A DNA stretch of 64,000 nt from Acidobacteriota bacterium (GCA_963664705.1 OY761556.1:3648001-3712000); one strand, 5' to 3'. Shown: positions 9,364-20,143, numbered from the stretch's first letter. The notes: generated from the letters alone by a model not told the origin. A program made the numbers and translations.

Positions 9364-11262
9364 ATGAGACACGTAATCGTAGGGACAGCAGGACACATTG
9401 ACCACGGGAAAAGCGCTCTGGTTCGGGCTCTGACAGGGGTCGATCCCGATCGGCTGAAAGAAGAACAACTTCGCGGCATCACGATCGACCTGGGATTTGC
9501 CCACCTGGACCTCGGAGATGTGCAGGTCGGTTTTGTCGATGTGCCCGGACACGAAAAATTCGTTAAAAACATGCTGGCTGGCGTCGGTGGAATCGATTTT
9601 GTTCTACTGGTGATCGCGGCCGATGAATCCATCATGCCCCAGACGCGGGAGCATTTCGATATCTGCCGGTTGCTCGGCGTTCGCACGGGAATCGTGGTAA
9701 TCAATAAAGCAGATCTGGTCGACCCGGAAATGCTGGAACTGGTTCGCGATGAGATTGCCGAGACAACGATCGGATCCTTTCTCGAAAACGCGGAGATCGT
9801 CACCGTCAGCTCCAGGACAGGCCAAGGGATTGAAAACCTGAAAAAGGTGATCCACGATCTGTCTCTTGCGATCCCCTCGAGGCCGTCCGACCGACTCCTG
9901 CGGCTGCCGGTTGACCGTTCGTTCAGCATCCGTGGGTTCGGCACAGTTGTGACCGGCACCCTCACCTCCGGCGAGATTCAAAAAGATCAGGAAGTCGAGT
10001 TAATCCCCGGAGGATTGACCACCAAGGTTCGCGGCCTTCAAGTCCACGGGAATATGACCGGTCGCGCCGTGGCCGGCCAGCGTACCGCGGTAAACCTTCA
10101 GGGCGTAGATTTGGATCAGGTGGAACGGGGCATGGTCATCACCGTCCCGCATCTTTTCCAGGCAACCCAAATTCTGGATGTACGTTTACAGCTTCTTCCA
10201 ACCGCGAAACCGCTGAAAAACCTGGTCAAAGTCAGGTTTCATCAGGGAACGCTGGAAATTCTGGCCCGCGTCGCCCTCATCGGGCAGGACACTCTTCTGC
10301 CGGGACAATCCGGGTACGCACAACTCCGGCTGGATGGACCGGTTTTCTGCCTCCATGGAGACGCGTTTATCATTCGGCAGTTCTCCCCGACGATCACGAT
10401 CGGCGGCGGAATCATTCTGCATCCGAACCCTTCCAAACACAAAAGCACCGACATGCAAACCCTCGCCGCTTTGCAGCGGCTGGACAAAGGGAATTTGCAG
10501 GAAAAAATCCCCGTATTACTGGAAGCCGATGTTCATCAGGCCATGGATCTCAATCGATTGAACTCCCTGCTGGGATTTCCCGAACCGCAACTCGTCAAAA
10601 TCTGCTCGGAGCTTGCGAAATCGGGACAGGTAGTGATGGTTCAGGCACCATCTCCCATTCTTGTCGTGCCGGCACTCATGGAGTCTCTGAAGAAAGAAGT
10701 GATTGCCCAGGTCACCGCCTTTCACAAGGAAAACGCCCTGCAAAAGGGGATATCCAAGGAAGAGCTCCGCAAGCGGATTTTTGACAACCTGCCCCTTGAA
10801 GTCTTCCGCTTCTGCCTCGACGCGCTCGTCGAAAAACGAAAGATCGCTTTCCAGGAAGACACCATTTCATTGTTTGGCCGCGAGGTTCAACTCACCGCGG
10901 AAGGACACCAGATCCGCGAAAAAATCGAAGCCATATTCCAGAAAGCGGGTTTTCAGCCTCCGGTATTTACCGATCTGCTGAGCCTGGTGGATGCGAATCC
11001 GGAAGAAACCAAAAGGATTTTCTTTTGGATGATCAAGGAAAAGATCCTGGTCAAAGTGGCCGAAGACGTCGTTTATCATCGGGCGACTATGGATAGCATC
11101 AAGCAACAGATTCGAAGCAAATTCACTCCGGGGAGCAAATTCGGCGTCGCTGACTTCAAGGAACTCTTCGATATCACGCGAAAGCATGCGATTCCGCTGC
11201 TGGAATACCTGGATCGCGACCGCTTCACTCGCCGTCTCGGCAATGACCGCGTACTGCTTTAG
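9364..11262 (+). CDS. selB: Selenocysteine-specific elongation factor
   Basis: [30 protein letters not shown]-terminal winged helix [13 protein letters not shown]. Confidence 0.97.
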   Translation: MRHVIVGTAGHIDHGKSALVRALTGVDPDRLKEEQLRGITIDLGFAHLDLGDVQVGFVDVPGHEKFVKNMLAGVGGIDFVLLVIAADESIMPQTREHFDICRLLGVRTGIVVINKADLVDPEMLELVRDEIAETTIGSFLENAEIVTVSSRTGQGIENLKKVIHDLSLAIPSRPSDRLLRLPVDRSFSIRGFGTVVTGTLTSGEIQKDQEVELIPGGLTTKVRGLQVHGNMTGRAVAGQRTAVNLQGVDLDQVERGMVITVPHLFQATQILDVRLQLLPTAKPLKNLVKVRFHQGTLEILARVALIGQDTLLPGQSGYAQLRLDGPVFCLHGDAFIIRQFSPTITIGGGIILHPNPSKHKSTDMQTLAALQRLDKGNLQEKIPVLLEADVHQAMDLNRLNSLLGFPEPQLVKICSELAKSGQVVMVQAPSPILVVPALMESLKKEVIAQVTAFHKENALQKGISKEELRKRIFDNLPLEVFRFCLDALVEKRKIAFQEDTISLFGREVQLTAEGHQIREKIEAIFQKAGFQPPVFTDLLSLVDANPEETKRIFFWMIKEKILVKVAEDVVYHRATMDSIKQQIRSKFTPGSKFGVADFKELFDITRKHAIPLLEYLDRDRFTRRLGNDRVLL

Positions 11263-11270
11263 TCAGGAGC

Positions 11271-11306
11271 GAGGAGCCAATAGGAGACGCCCCCTTTTGG
11301 CTCCTC
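11271..11306. terminator. Hairpin between convergent selB and nuclease-like gene
   Basis: GAGGAGCCAA ... TTGGCTCCTC inverted repeat. Confidence 0.55.
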
Positions 11307-12804
11307 ACTCCCGGACTCTTACTCTCTGAATGATCTTCACTCCACAGCGCCAGTCTTCGTTAACCGAGATTTTCCAAACTTCTATGTCAGGTTCGAGATA
11401 GCCAAGCAATACTTCTGTCGTGTCATGGAATGAAAAGATGGGAGACACCAGATATATCCGCGGCCGGCGTCGCGTGAGACGAGTCTCCGAAAAATAGCCG
11501 CGCCGTTCGAAATCTCCGCTCTCATTGTGCTGAATGACCCGGCCCCAATAATCCAAAGCCTGTATCGGAAGATCAGGATCCTCTGAAACCTTCAGCTCCA
11601 TGACAACCAGCGTACCATTTCGGTCCGCACCCAGGATGTCGATTCGCCCGTTGTCATGCCCGAGATATACGGGGATCTGCGAATACACCGATTCTGGCGC
11701 CAATTCGGGAAAAAGCTGCGGAATACTCTCGAGGATCAAAGCCTCGAGCCATCGTTCTGATTGAAGCCGGTAATAGGGGTGGCGTATATCCGGACTATCC
11801 GCCCGACGAAAATAAAGTATTTCACGAACCAGATCGTTGAGGGAGTCGAGAGTCTCATCCGTCAATTCGATCCGATGGGGCCCAACGCCAAAGAAGATGC
11901 GGTCGCGCTCCTGTCCTGCAACCTGGGCAAATTCGAGCCCCCACAGCCTCAACGAATCGTAATCATGGAATCGCGGATAGCGTCGGATAAGTTCCGGAGC
12001 AAGATCCAGGACGCTCTGCAATTGAGCACTCCATCGAAACGGGCCAAGTACAGGCCAGCGAAAATCCCTGTTTTCCTCAGGCGGTCGCGGGGGAGGCGCC
12101 TTGGAAAATACTGGGAAATCGGGCGCGGCTTCATACTCCCAAATCTCCGTCCGGATTCGACTCTTGTCAAGAAAACGGGATCGATGCAGCAAGCCGGCCG
12201 AAGCTCCGGCGGGCACCAGAAAATACACTCCCATCGCGCAGGGCATTGCGGGAATGCCACAGACGGAAAGGTACCGCAAGGCTTGCCCGATCGCGTGTGG
12301 AATATCGGCAGCTGAATCCTCGTCGGCCGCAAGCAGCACACGGCTTTCCCCCGCATGCCGGAATAACACACGCAGGAATGCGCCTGAAAGCGTGAGAGAA
12401 AGGTCTGAGCTTCTGGTTGCACGCAGAATTCGATATCCCGGGAATACTTTTGCCAGCCATTGCCTGGATACCTTCCACAAATGATGGGGATCCAAGGCGG
12501 CGGAATCCTTTTCCTCCCAAAACATTTCCAGAATCTCAGCAATGGGACTGGCGGCATCAAGCAGTGACACGGAGATTCCGCCCGGCCATTGCTTTATCGT
12601 GCCGACCCAATAGCTTAGCAATCGCCCCTGGCAACGAAACTGGAACTGGATTTTCTCTCCCCGTTCGAACCAGTATGGATTTGCGGACTCCCAGGAAATC
12701 CATTCTGCCGTGCGCCATCGAATCCGGACCTGCTCCGATCGCTGTTTGGCCAGCGCCAGAAGCATACGGTTGCGCTGCAGTTGTGTAGCGATAATTCTTT
12801 TCAT
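11305..12804 (-). CDS. Hypothetical protein with C-terminal NucS/EndoMS-like PD-(D/E)xK nuclease domain
   Basis: ERWLE...GRIDILGADRNGTLVVMELK...IQALDYW. Confidence 0.7.
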   Translation of the reverse strand: MKRIIATQLQRNRMLLALAKQRSEQVRIRWRTAEWISWESANPYWFERGEKIQFQFRCQGRLLSYWVGTIKQWPGGISVSLLDAASPIAEILEMFWEEKDSAALDPHHLWKVSRQWLAKVFPGYRILRATRSSDLSLTLSGAFLRVLFRHAGESRVLLAADEDSAADIPHAIGQALRYLSVCGIPAMPCAMGVYFLVPAGASAGLLHRSRFLDKSRIRTEIWEYEAAPDFPVFSKAPPPRPPEENRDFRWPVLGPFRWSAQLQSVLDLAPELIRRYPRFHDYDSLRLWGLEFAQVAGQERDRIFFGVGPHRIELTDETLDSLNDLVREILYFRRADSPDIRHPYYRLQSERWLEALILESIPQLFPELAPESVYSQIPVYLGHDNGRIDILGADRNGTLVVMELKVSEDPDLPIQALDYWGRVIQHNESGDFERRGYFSETRLTRRRPRIYLVSPIFSFHDTTEVLLGYLEPDIEVWKISVNEDWRCGVKIIQRVRVRE

Positions 12805-12882
12805 ACACGGGTAGTTTGCACAGCCCGTGGCTTATATCCGGCAAATTGATGAAAAACGATCGGAATCAGGGGCGCAATGGGA

Positions 12883-13197
12883 TCAGCGCCCCATATTGCC
12901 GAGCCATTGAAGATAGGTAGAATCCCCGGCAACTATCGGGATCGCGATGACTTCAGGTACCTTATACGTATGCAGTTGGTGAATCCGCGCATTGATGGCA
13001 TCAAACTTTTCAGAGGTGGATTTGATCATGAGAAGGAACTCGGTCTCATCGCACACCTTCCCTTCCCAGCGATAGATGGATCGAATCCCTGGAATAATGT
13101 TCACGCAGGCGGCTTCATCCGAATCCAGCAGGGCGGCAGCAATCCTTTGCGCCAGCTCGACGGTATCGGCGGTGCTCAATACCAGTATTTCGTTCAT
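12883..13197 (-). CDS. cutA: Divalent-cation tolerance protein CutA
   Basis: AACVNI, SIYRWEG, LHTYKVPEVI, YLQWL. Confidence 0.95.
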   Translation of the reverse strand: MNEILVLSTADTVELAQRIAAALLDSDEAACVNIIPGIRSIYRWEGKVCDETEFLLMIKSTSEKFDAINARIHQLHTYKVPEVIAIPIVAGDSTYLQWLGNMGR

Positions 13198-13300
13198 TTC
13201 AATATCCTAAACTATCATTTTGAAATCGATAACCATTGCATGGTGCATAGGACATGAGTATTATGCAGTTGTTGAATGAAACTTCACTGAAAAATATCTG

Positions 13301-13621
13301 ATGACACACTCAAAACGTCACACATCCCATAAAAAAGAGCTCTATTACCTGGTCTGCATCCTGTCGGTACTGGTAATTCTGATCCTCAGCTTTATGGGAC
13401 CGGGCGGATACAGAGATCTCCGGAGAGCCCGTCTCGAATTGCAGGAACAGCGTATGCGCGTGGATCGTCTGACGCAGGAAAACGCGGAAAGGATGCTGGA
13501 AATCGAGAAGCTGCGTGGAGATCCGAACGCGCTGGAACAGTATGCCCGCAAAAAGGGCTTCGGCAGGCCGGATGAGATTATTCAAACGCTCCCCGAGAAA
13601 CCAGCCTCCGGGAAGCGCTGA
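13301..13621 (+). CDS. ftsB: Septum formation initiator (FtsB/DivIC family)
   Basis: N-terminal TM, coiled coil, LEQYARKK-G..PDE motif. Confidence 0.8.
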   Translation: MTHSKRHTSHKKELYYLVCILSVLVILILSFMGPGGYRDLRRARLELQEQRMRVDRLTQENAERMLEIEKLRGDPNALEQYARKKGFGRPDEIIQTLPEKPASGKR

Positions 13622-13624
13622 CGC

Positions 13625-14902
13625 CTACAGGGACCAGACGACTTTACCCTTCACGATTGTCATCGCGGGCCCGCCGCGCAATTTCCAGCCGTTGAATGGA
13701 GTATTGCGGCTTCTGGAAAGGAACTGCCGAGAATCCACCTGCCAGCTCAGATTCGGGTCGAGAACCGTGATGTCCGCCCACGATTTTTCAGCCAACGTCC
13801 CCCGCTCGAGATGCAGAATACGGGCTGGATTTGTCGAAAAGAGCTGAACCAGGCGTTCAACGGTGATGATCTCGGTTCTTACAAAACGGTCGAGAATCAG
13901 ACCAACAGCGGTTTCAAGCCCAACAATTCCAAAGGGAGCCCGGTTAAACTCCACCATCTTGTCGTTAATGTTGTGGGGCGCATGATCGGTCGCAATCGCA
14001 TCGATGTCGCCGGAGGCAATTCCCTTCACAAGCGCGTCCACATCGTCCTGAGAACGAAGAGGCGGATTCATTTTCATGTTGGTGTCGTAGGATGACACCT
14101 GCGCATCGGTCAACAGCAGATGGTGCGGAGCGACTTCACACGTGATCTTTGCCTTGTCCTCTTTTTTTGCACGCAGAACGGCTTCAAGAGAACGGCGCGT
14201 AGACAAATGGGCGATATGCACTTGGGCACCAGTCTGCTTTGCCAGAATTGCGTCGCGCAAAACGTGGATCTCTTCCGCAGCGGGGTTCATGCCTCTCATG
14301 CCAAGAAGCGTGGAATAGTACCCTTCGTTCATCACGCCGCCGGCCACGAGGTCTTTGTCTTCGCAGTGATCGATCACCGGGAGATTAAACAGGCGGGAGT
14401 ACTCCATTCCGCGGCGCATGACCTGGCCATCCTGCACGGAATGGCCGTCATCGCTGACCGCAACAATTCCCGTACGATACATCTCGCCGATTTCGGCAAG
14501 CATTTTCCCCTGGCTTCCTTTGGTAATGGCACCCACGGGATAAACGGCAATCTTCGATACTTCTCGCGCCCGCTGCAGGATGAAGGATGTCACCGCTTCC
14601 GAATCATTGACCGGATTTGTGTTTGGCATGCAAGCCACGGCGGTGAAACCTCCGCGTGCAGCCGCATTCGTCCCGGATTCGATCGTTTCCGAATCTTCGC
14701 GACCCGGCTCCCGCAGGTGAACGTGCATGTCAATAAAGCCTGGAAGCACGAGCAGCCCGCGCGCATCAATTTCCTTGCGGCCGGTCTGACGGATTTTGGG
14801 CGATATTTCGGCGATTCTGCCGTCTTCAATGCCCAGATCGGCAACCTTGTTCAATTTTTGGGATGGATCGACGATTCGTCCCTGACGCAGTATCAGTTGC
14901 AT
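13625..14902 (-). CDS. pyrC: Dihydroorotase
   Basis: DMHVHLREPG, MPNT, KMNPPLR, ATDHAPH, SRNTPF. Confidence 0.97.
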   Translation of the reverse strand: MQLILRQGRIVDPSQKLNKVADLGIEDGRIAEISPKIRQTGRKEIDARGLLVLPGFIDMHVHLREPGREDSETIESGTNAAARGGFTAVACMPNTNPVNDSEAVTSFILQRAREVSKIAVYPVGAITKGSQGKMLAEIGEMYRTGIVAVSDDGHSVQDGQVMRRGMEYSRLFNLPVIDHCEDKDLVAGGVMNEGYYSTLLGMRGMNPAAEEIHVLRDAILAKQTGAQVHIAHLSTRRSLEAVLRAKKEDKAKITCEVAPHHLLLTDAQVSSYDTNMKMNPPLRSQDDVDALVKGIASGDIDAIATDHAPHNINDKMVEFNRAPFGIVGLETAVGLILDRFVRTEIITVERLVQLFSTNPARILHLERGTLAEKSWADITVLDPNLSWQVDSRQFLSRSRNTPFNGWKLRGGPAMTIVKGKVVWSL

Positions 14903-14908
14903 AAGCGC

Positions 14909-15859
14909 TCAACGAGTATTTTTTTTCAGCTTCAATCCGGCATTTCCGGAGAGCAGATATAGGACAGCCATGCGGGTTGCGACACCGTTCGCAACCTGGT
15001 TCAAGATAACGGAGTAGTCCGCATCCGCCACGTCGGAGTCAATTTCAACTCCCCGATTCATCGGGCCAGGATGCATGACAATGGTATCTTTTTTTGCCAG
15101 ACGCATTCGTTCCCGGGTCAGGCCGTAGAAGTTATAATATTCGCGTGTCGAAGGAACGAAAGCTTCATTCTGCCGCTCGAGCTGCATGCGCAGCATCATG
15201 ATGACATCTGCCCCATCAATGGCTTCGTTCATCTGCCCGGTTATGCGGCAGCCGAGTTTTTCGAATTCCCAGGGAATCAGCGTCGGCGGGCCGCAAACCC
15301 ACACATCCGCCCCCATCTTATGGAACAGAATGGTATCGGAGCGCGCGACGCGGCTGTGGGCAATGTCCCCGATAATGGCGATCTTCAGTCTATCCAGCCG
15401 CTTCTTGTAGGTTCGGATGGTCAGAGCATCAAGGAGTGCCTGGGTCGGATGCTCGTGCATGCCATCCCCGGCATTGACGACCGAGGACCGACATTCCCGA
15501 CCAAGAAGATGCGGGGCTCCGGCCGACTCGTGACGAATAACGATGATATCCGGCGCCATTGCCTCGAGATTGCGGGCAGTGTCCAACAGCGTTTCCCCTT
15601 TGGTAACGCTGCTCGCAGAAGCCGTAAAGTTCAGGATATCGGCGCTTAAACGCTTTTCAGCCAGTTCGAAAGAGGATCGGGTCCGTGTGGATGCCTCAAA
15701 AAACAGATTCACGACGGTTTTCCCACGAAGTGTGGGGACCTTTTTGACCGGTCTTGCCGAAACTTCCCGGAGAGCTTCAGCGGTATCAAGAATGAGATTG
15801 ACGTCATCTACGGAAAGCTGCTCAACGCTCAGCAGGTCTTTGTGGCTAAGGGATGCCAT
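14909..15859 (-). CDS. pyrB: Aspartate carbamoyltransferase catalytic subunit
   Basis: [36 protein letters not shown]. Confidence 0.98.
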   Translation of the reverse strand: MASLSHKDLLSVEQLSVDDVNLILDTAEALREVSARPVKKVPTLRGKTVVNLFFEASTRTRSSFELAEKRLSADILNFTASASSVTKGETLLDTARNLEAMAPDIIVIRHESAGAPHLLGRECRSSVVNAGDGMHEHPTQALLDALTIRTYKKRLDRLKIAIIGDIAHSRVARSDTILFHKMGADVWVCGPPTLIPWEFEKLGCRITGQMNEAIDGADVIMMLRMQLERQNEAFVPSTREYYNFYGLTRERMRLAKKDTIVMHPGPMNRGVEIDSDVADADYSVILNQVANGVATRMAVLYLLSGNAGLKLKKNTR

Positions 15860-16016
15860 GACATTCCCCTGCGGTCAGGCCGCACGATAATGAAACCGTC
15901 TACAAAATCACAAATCGGGAACTTCCCGCGCGGATGCCTGATTTTGTACCTGAGTACGGTCAGGCCTATGTCCCAAGAAACTGGCGAACGAGCGGGACGC
16001 CTCCGATTTTAACGCA

Positions 16017-16592
16017 TTACACGCTCTCGACCACAGCCGGCGGCGGCATCGGTCTTTTAACGAGGACAACACGCTCTTCCTCATCCTCCTCATTCAACCG
16101 AACTTCGACGATCTCATCCTCATCGGTTTGAATGAACTTGCCGACGTAATCCGCCTGGATCGGCAACTCACGGTGGCCGCGATCAATCAACACGGCTAAC
16201 TGGACCTTTTTCGGGCGGCCCATGTCCACCAGTCCATCCAGCGCCGCACGAATGGTCCGCCCCGTGTACAAAACGTCATCCACCAGAACAAGGCTGCGGT
16301 CGCTGATGTCGAAATCGATCAACGTCTCCCGCAACATGGGTCGGTTGCTGACGGTTGTGAGGTCATCCCGGTATAAGGTAATATCCAGGATGCCGAAGGG
16401 AACGGGACGTTTGAGAGTCGCTTCTATCTTTGCACACAGTCGCTGGCCCAAAGGCACGCCACGCCGACGGATTCCTATGATAGCGAACTCGTCGCTCGGG
16501 CCCAGTTTTTCAATTATCTCGGCCGAGATCCTTGCCAGCACAAGGTCCATTTCTGCGGCCGTCATCAGGAGCTTACCCTTTATTTTTTTCAT
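16017..16592 (-). CDS. pyrR: Pyrimidine regulatory protein / UPRTase PyrR
   Basis: LDITLYRDDL, LVDDVLYTGRTIRAA, DRGHRELPI. Confidence 0.97.
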   Translation of the reverse strand: MKKIKGKLLMTAAEMDLVLARISAEIIEKLGPSDEFAIIGIRRRGVPLGQRLCAKIEATLKRPVPFGILDITLYRDDLTTVSNRPMLRETLIDFDISDRSLVLVDDVLYTGRTIRAALDGLVDMGRPKKVQLAVLIDRGHRELPIQADYVGKFIQTDEDEIVEVRLNEEDEEERVVLVKRPMPPPAVVESV

Positions 16593-16660
16593 TGGATTTT
16601 CGCGCTGCCAAGTGGTGCTTTCGTCAATTGCGCGGCGATGATATCACACGGAAAAAGGCG

Positions 16661-16688
16661 TTGCAAACGTCGAGTTACAACCTATACT
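16661..16688 (+). promoter_or_regulatory. sigma70-type promoter for pyrK
   Basis: TTGCAA-N16-TATACT ending 8 nt before the ATG. Confidence 0.5.
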
Positions 16689-16696
16689 GAATTGGA

Positions 16697-17536
16697 ATGC
16701 TAGATAAAAAAGTTAAGGTAAAAGAAATCAGGGATCTCGGCGCTCGAAACTACCTGCTGACCGTCAGCACGCCTGAACAGGCGCGCCTCGTACGCCCGGG
16801 TCAATTCATCATGTTGAAGTGCGTGGAACAAGTGGACGAAAATCCGCTGTTGCGCCGCCCTTTCACCATTTTCAACATTCATCGAAGTGCGCGCAGCGGA
16901 AAGCCTGACGGGCTGGAACTGCTGATCAAGGATGTCGGAGCCGGAACGACCAAGCTGACCAAGGTGCGTCCGGGCCAGATGCTCGACTGCCTTGGCCCTC
17001 AGGGGCACGGATTCCAGATTACGTCCGAATTGCGGAATCGCGTGGATACCGCCTGCATGGTCGCGGGCGGCGTCGGAATCGCGCCTCTGTTTCTGCTTGC
17101 CCAGGGACTGCTGGCCCAGAATGTACAACCGATTCTGTTTTATGGCGGCGCAAGAATGGAAGACCTGGTTCTGCGCGAGTATTTTGAACGACTGGGCATG
17201 CCCACCCACTATACGACGGAAGACGGCTCCTTCGGCGAGCGCGGTGTTGTTACCCAGCCGCTCGCTAAGTATTTGAAGGAAAACGCTCGGAAATCCGTTC
17301 GCATCTACACCTGTGGACCATGGGGAATGATGAAGGCTGTGCATCAAATCGCAGCCCAGGCGAATGTGCAATGCGAGGTCAGCCTCGAAGCGAGGATGGG
17401 TTGCGCACTCGGTGCTTGTCTGGGATGCGTGGTGGGCAGCAAAGATCATAATGGAGAGACTCAATTCCTGCGCGTCTGCCAGGACGGTCCCGTTATGAAC
17501 AGCCGTCTGATTGATTGGGATACCGTACCTGTTTGA
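16697..17536 (+). CDS. pyrK: Dihydroorotate dehydrogenase electron transfer subunit
   Basis: PGQF, LLRRPF, AGGVGIAP, MGCALGACLGC...RVCQDGPV 2Fe-2S motif. Confidence 0.95.
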   Translation: MLDKKVKVKEIRDLGARNYLLTVSTPEQARLVRPGQFIMLKCVEQVDENPLLRRPFTIFNIHRSARSGKPDGLELLIKDVGAGTTKLTKVRPGQMLDCLGPQGHGFQITSELRNRVDTACMVAGGVGIAPLFLLAQGLLAQNVQPILFYGGARMEDLVLREYFERLGMPTHYTTEDGSFGERGVVTQPLAKYLKENARKSVRIYTCGPWGMMKAVHQIAAQANVQCEVSLEARMGCALGACLGCVVGSKDHNGETQFLRVCQDGPVMNSRLIDWDTVPV

Positions 17537-17617
17537 AGGACTGACAATGACAAACCTCGAAGACTCGAAGTCTCCGTGGACTTCTTTGAATCTTTGCGTC
17601 TTTGAGGCCAACCACTT

Positions 17618-18562
17618 ATGAACAATACCGAAACATACAAAGCTCCGCATCTTGCCGTGGATATCGCGGGAGTGCGATTCAAAAATCCGGTCCTGACTGC
17701 CAGCGGCACCTTCGGCTACGGGTTGGAATTTGCCAATCTCATGGATCTCAACTCACTGGGCGGAATCGTCGTCAAAGGGCTTTCGATGACGCCGATCAAA
17801 GGGAACCCTCCTCCGCGCGTCTATGAAACAGCCTCCGGAATGCTCAACGCCATCGGCTGGCAAAACATAGGCGCAACGGAATTCGTGACCAAGAAACTCC
17901 CGATGCTGAAGAACTACGATACGAACGTTGTCGTAAACATCGTGGGATTCGAGCTCAGTGATTATCTGGAGGTCACAAAGTTCCTGAATGACTGTCCCGG
18001 CGTCAAGGCGCTGGAGCTCAATATCTCGTGCCCAAATGTCAAAAAGGGCGGTTTTCACTTCAACAAAAATCCCAAAGATACCTTCACGATAACGGCGGAA
18101 ACCAAAAAGGCTTCCCGTCACCTTCCGCTATGGGTCAAATTGTCACCCAACGTAACCGACATTCGTGAGTTTGCCAAAGCATGCGAAGATGCAGGCGCGG
18201 ATGCGATCTCGGTCATCAATACATTTGTAGGCATGGCCATCGATGTGGAAAAACGGCGCCCACGACTCCGTTTCATGACCGGAGGCTTATCCGGACCGGC
18301 CATTAAACCTGTGGCATTACGCATGGTCTGGGAAGCCTGCCAGGCAGTAAAGATACCGGTCATTGGAGTAGGCGGTATTGCCAACACCAACGATGCCCTG
18401 GAATTTCTGATTGCCGGAGCCCGCGCCGTTCAGGTCGGAACCGCCAACTTTTATCAGCCGGATGCATCGCAGCGCATCGCGCTCGGGTTGCAGGAGTACT
18501 GCCGTTCGCACAAGATAGACGACATCAACGAAATTATCGGGAGCCTTCATCCCTATGAGTGA
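17618..18562 (+). CDS. pyrD: Dihydroorotate dehydrogenase family 1B catalytic subunit
   Basis: NPVLTASGTFGYG, ELNISCPN, KLSPNVTDI, GGLSGPAIKP. Confidence 0.97.
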   Translation: MNNTETYKAPHLAVDIAGVRFKNPVLTASGTFGYGLEFANLMDLNSLGGIVVKGLSMTPIKGNPPPRVYETASGMLNAIGWQNIGATEFVTKKLPMLKNYDTNVVVNIVGFELSDYLEVTKFLNDCPGVKALELNISCPNVKKGGFHFNKNPKDTFTITAETKKASRHLPLWVKLSPNVTDIREFAKACEDAGADAISVINTFVGMAIDVEKRRPRLRFMTGGLSGPAIKPVALRMVWEACQAVKIPVIGVGGIANTNDALEFLIAGARAVQVGTANFYQPDASQRIALGLQEYCRSHKIDDINEIIGSLHPYE

Positions 18563-19259
18563 TCCTCGTTCAAGACTGATTGTGGCGCTGGATGTCCCGG
18601 ACCGGGCCTCGGCCATTAAAGCGGTAGAACAACTGTCCGGTCACGTCGGCTACTTCAAAGTTGGTCTGGAAATTTTTGCGGCCGAAGGACCGCGCCTGGT
18701 CCAGGAGATTCGTGATCGCGGCGAGAAGGTATTTCTGGATTTAAAGCTTCATGACATCCCGAACACCGTTGCCGGCGCCGTACGATCTGTCTGCAGGCTT
18801 GGAGTTCAGATGCTGACTGTCCATGCATCCGGCGGCCCCAAGATGCTGGCGGCAGCCTGCCAGGAGGCAAAATCCGCTGCAGCGCCACCCATGATTCTTG
18901 CCGTTACGGCCTTGACCAGTCTCTCCGAAACAGATATCAATGGGATGGGAATCCCGGGCGCAGTAGAACAGTGGGTTGAGCGCCTTGCCGCCACAGCCAG
19001 GGAAGCAGGCGTTCCGGGACTGGTAGCCTCGAGCAGCGAACTGATGATGCTTCACCGAAAATTCGGAAATGCGCTGCGATACATAATCCCGGGAATCAGG
19101 CCGGCCGGATCTGCAACGCAAGACCAGTCGCGTGTCGCGACACCAGGACAGGCCATCCGCGATGGTGCAGACTTCATCGTTGTAGGTCGGCCGATCATGC
19201 AGGCTCCGGACCCTGCTCAGGCCGCGGATGCCATCGTCAAGGAAATCGCTCAGGCCTGA
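18555..19259 (+). CDS. pyrF: Orotidine 5'-phosphate decarboxylase
   Basis: LIVALD, FLDLKLHDIPNTV, PGIRP, VVGRPI. Confidence 0.97.
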   Translation: MSDPRSRLIVALDVPDRASAIKAVEQLSGHVGYFKVGLEIFAAEGPRLVQEIRDRGEKVFLDLKLHDIPNTVAGAVRSVCRLGVQMLTVHASGGPKMLAAACQEAKSAAAPPMILAVTALTSLSETDINGMGIPGAVEQWVERLAATAREAGVPGLVASSSELMMLHRKFGNALRYIIPGIRPAGSATQDQSRVATPGQAIRDGADFIVVGRPIMQAPDPAQAADAIVKEIAQA

Positions 19260-19287
19260 ACAAGGGACTCCGGCTCTCCCGGTACCG

Positions 19288-20130
19288 CTATGGATAGTAT
19301 TTTTCCTGCTTGATATCGAAATCGGCCAGGAAACCGCGCCCGGATAGAGTATTGACAACGATATCCACGGTGCCGGGATGACCGCAGACATAAACCGCAT
19401 GCGTTGCCGGACACATCAGCGTTGAAAGCATCTCTTTCACTGTACAGGCGAGATCCGGAGCCTCCCGTTTTTTACTTTCCGGTAGTTCCAGGATCGTTTC
19501 CGCACGCCCTGTCAGGCCTGTCCAGGAAGGGTTCATTAAAGGTCTGCTGATAGTCGGCAGATAAACGAGCGAGAGCTTCCGATTGGCATCCCCAAGACTC
19601 TCAGCCGCCAGCTTCTCCAATTCCTCGCGATAACCCAGGTGGCTTGGATAACTGACGCCGTGGATCAAATAGATCCTGCGCGGAAGAAAGAGTTCGGGGG
19701 CGTGCAAATAATCCTCATTCAGCTTGCGGATCATGCTGATAAACGGCGCCAGACCGGTTCCCGAGGCCACAAAAACAAGGTCGCGTAAATCGGCAGGATC
19801 CAGTGTGAAAATGCCGCGAGGCCCGGTAATAGCGGCCACTGTCCCGGGATCTCTGCGGCGCAACCCTTCAATGACTTCGGATTCAAATAAGGAAGGGGTC
19901 AGCGTCCCCTGTTTTACCAGGTTGATATAAAACTCAACATAGCGCTTTTCAGAGGGTGAGGAAGAAACCGTGTAGGGACGCGCGATCGTTTTCCCCCCAT
20001 GGGTCAGCCACAAAGTCGCATACTGGCCCGGGGCAAACAGGAAATCGCGTTCCAGGCTGAATCGGAAAATGGCCAATCCTTCGGATACTTCGATCCTCGA
20101 TTCCAGTTGCGCCGGTATTTTGTCGTCCAT
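19288..20130 (-). CDS. Ferredoxin/flavodoxin-NADP+ reductase family protein
   Basis: PGQY, RPYTVSS, ASGTGLAPF, YVCG, C-terminal EKYY. Confidence 0.85.
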   Translation of the reverse strand: MDDKIPAQLESRIEVSEGLAIFRFSLERDFLFAPGQYATLWLTHGGKTIARPYTVSSSPSEKRYVEFYINLVKQGTLTPSLFESEVIEGLRRRDPGTVAAITGPRGIFTLDPADLRDLVFVASGTGLAPFISMIRKLNEDYLHAPELFLPRRIYLIHGVSYPSHLGYREELEKLAAESLGDANRKLSLVYLPTISRPLMNPSWTGLTGRAETILELPESKKREAPDLACTVKEMLSTLMCPATHAVYVCGHPGTVDIVVNTLSGRGFLADFDIKQEKYYP

Positions 20131-20143
20131 CCTTTGCACGCCA

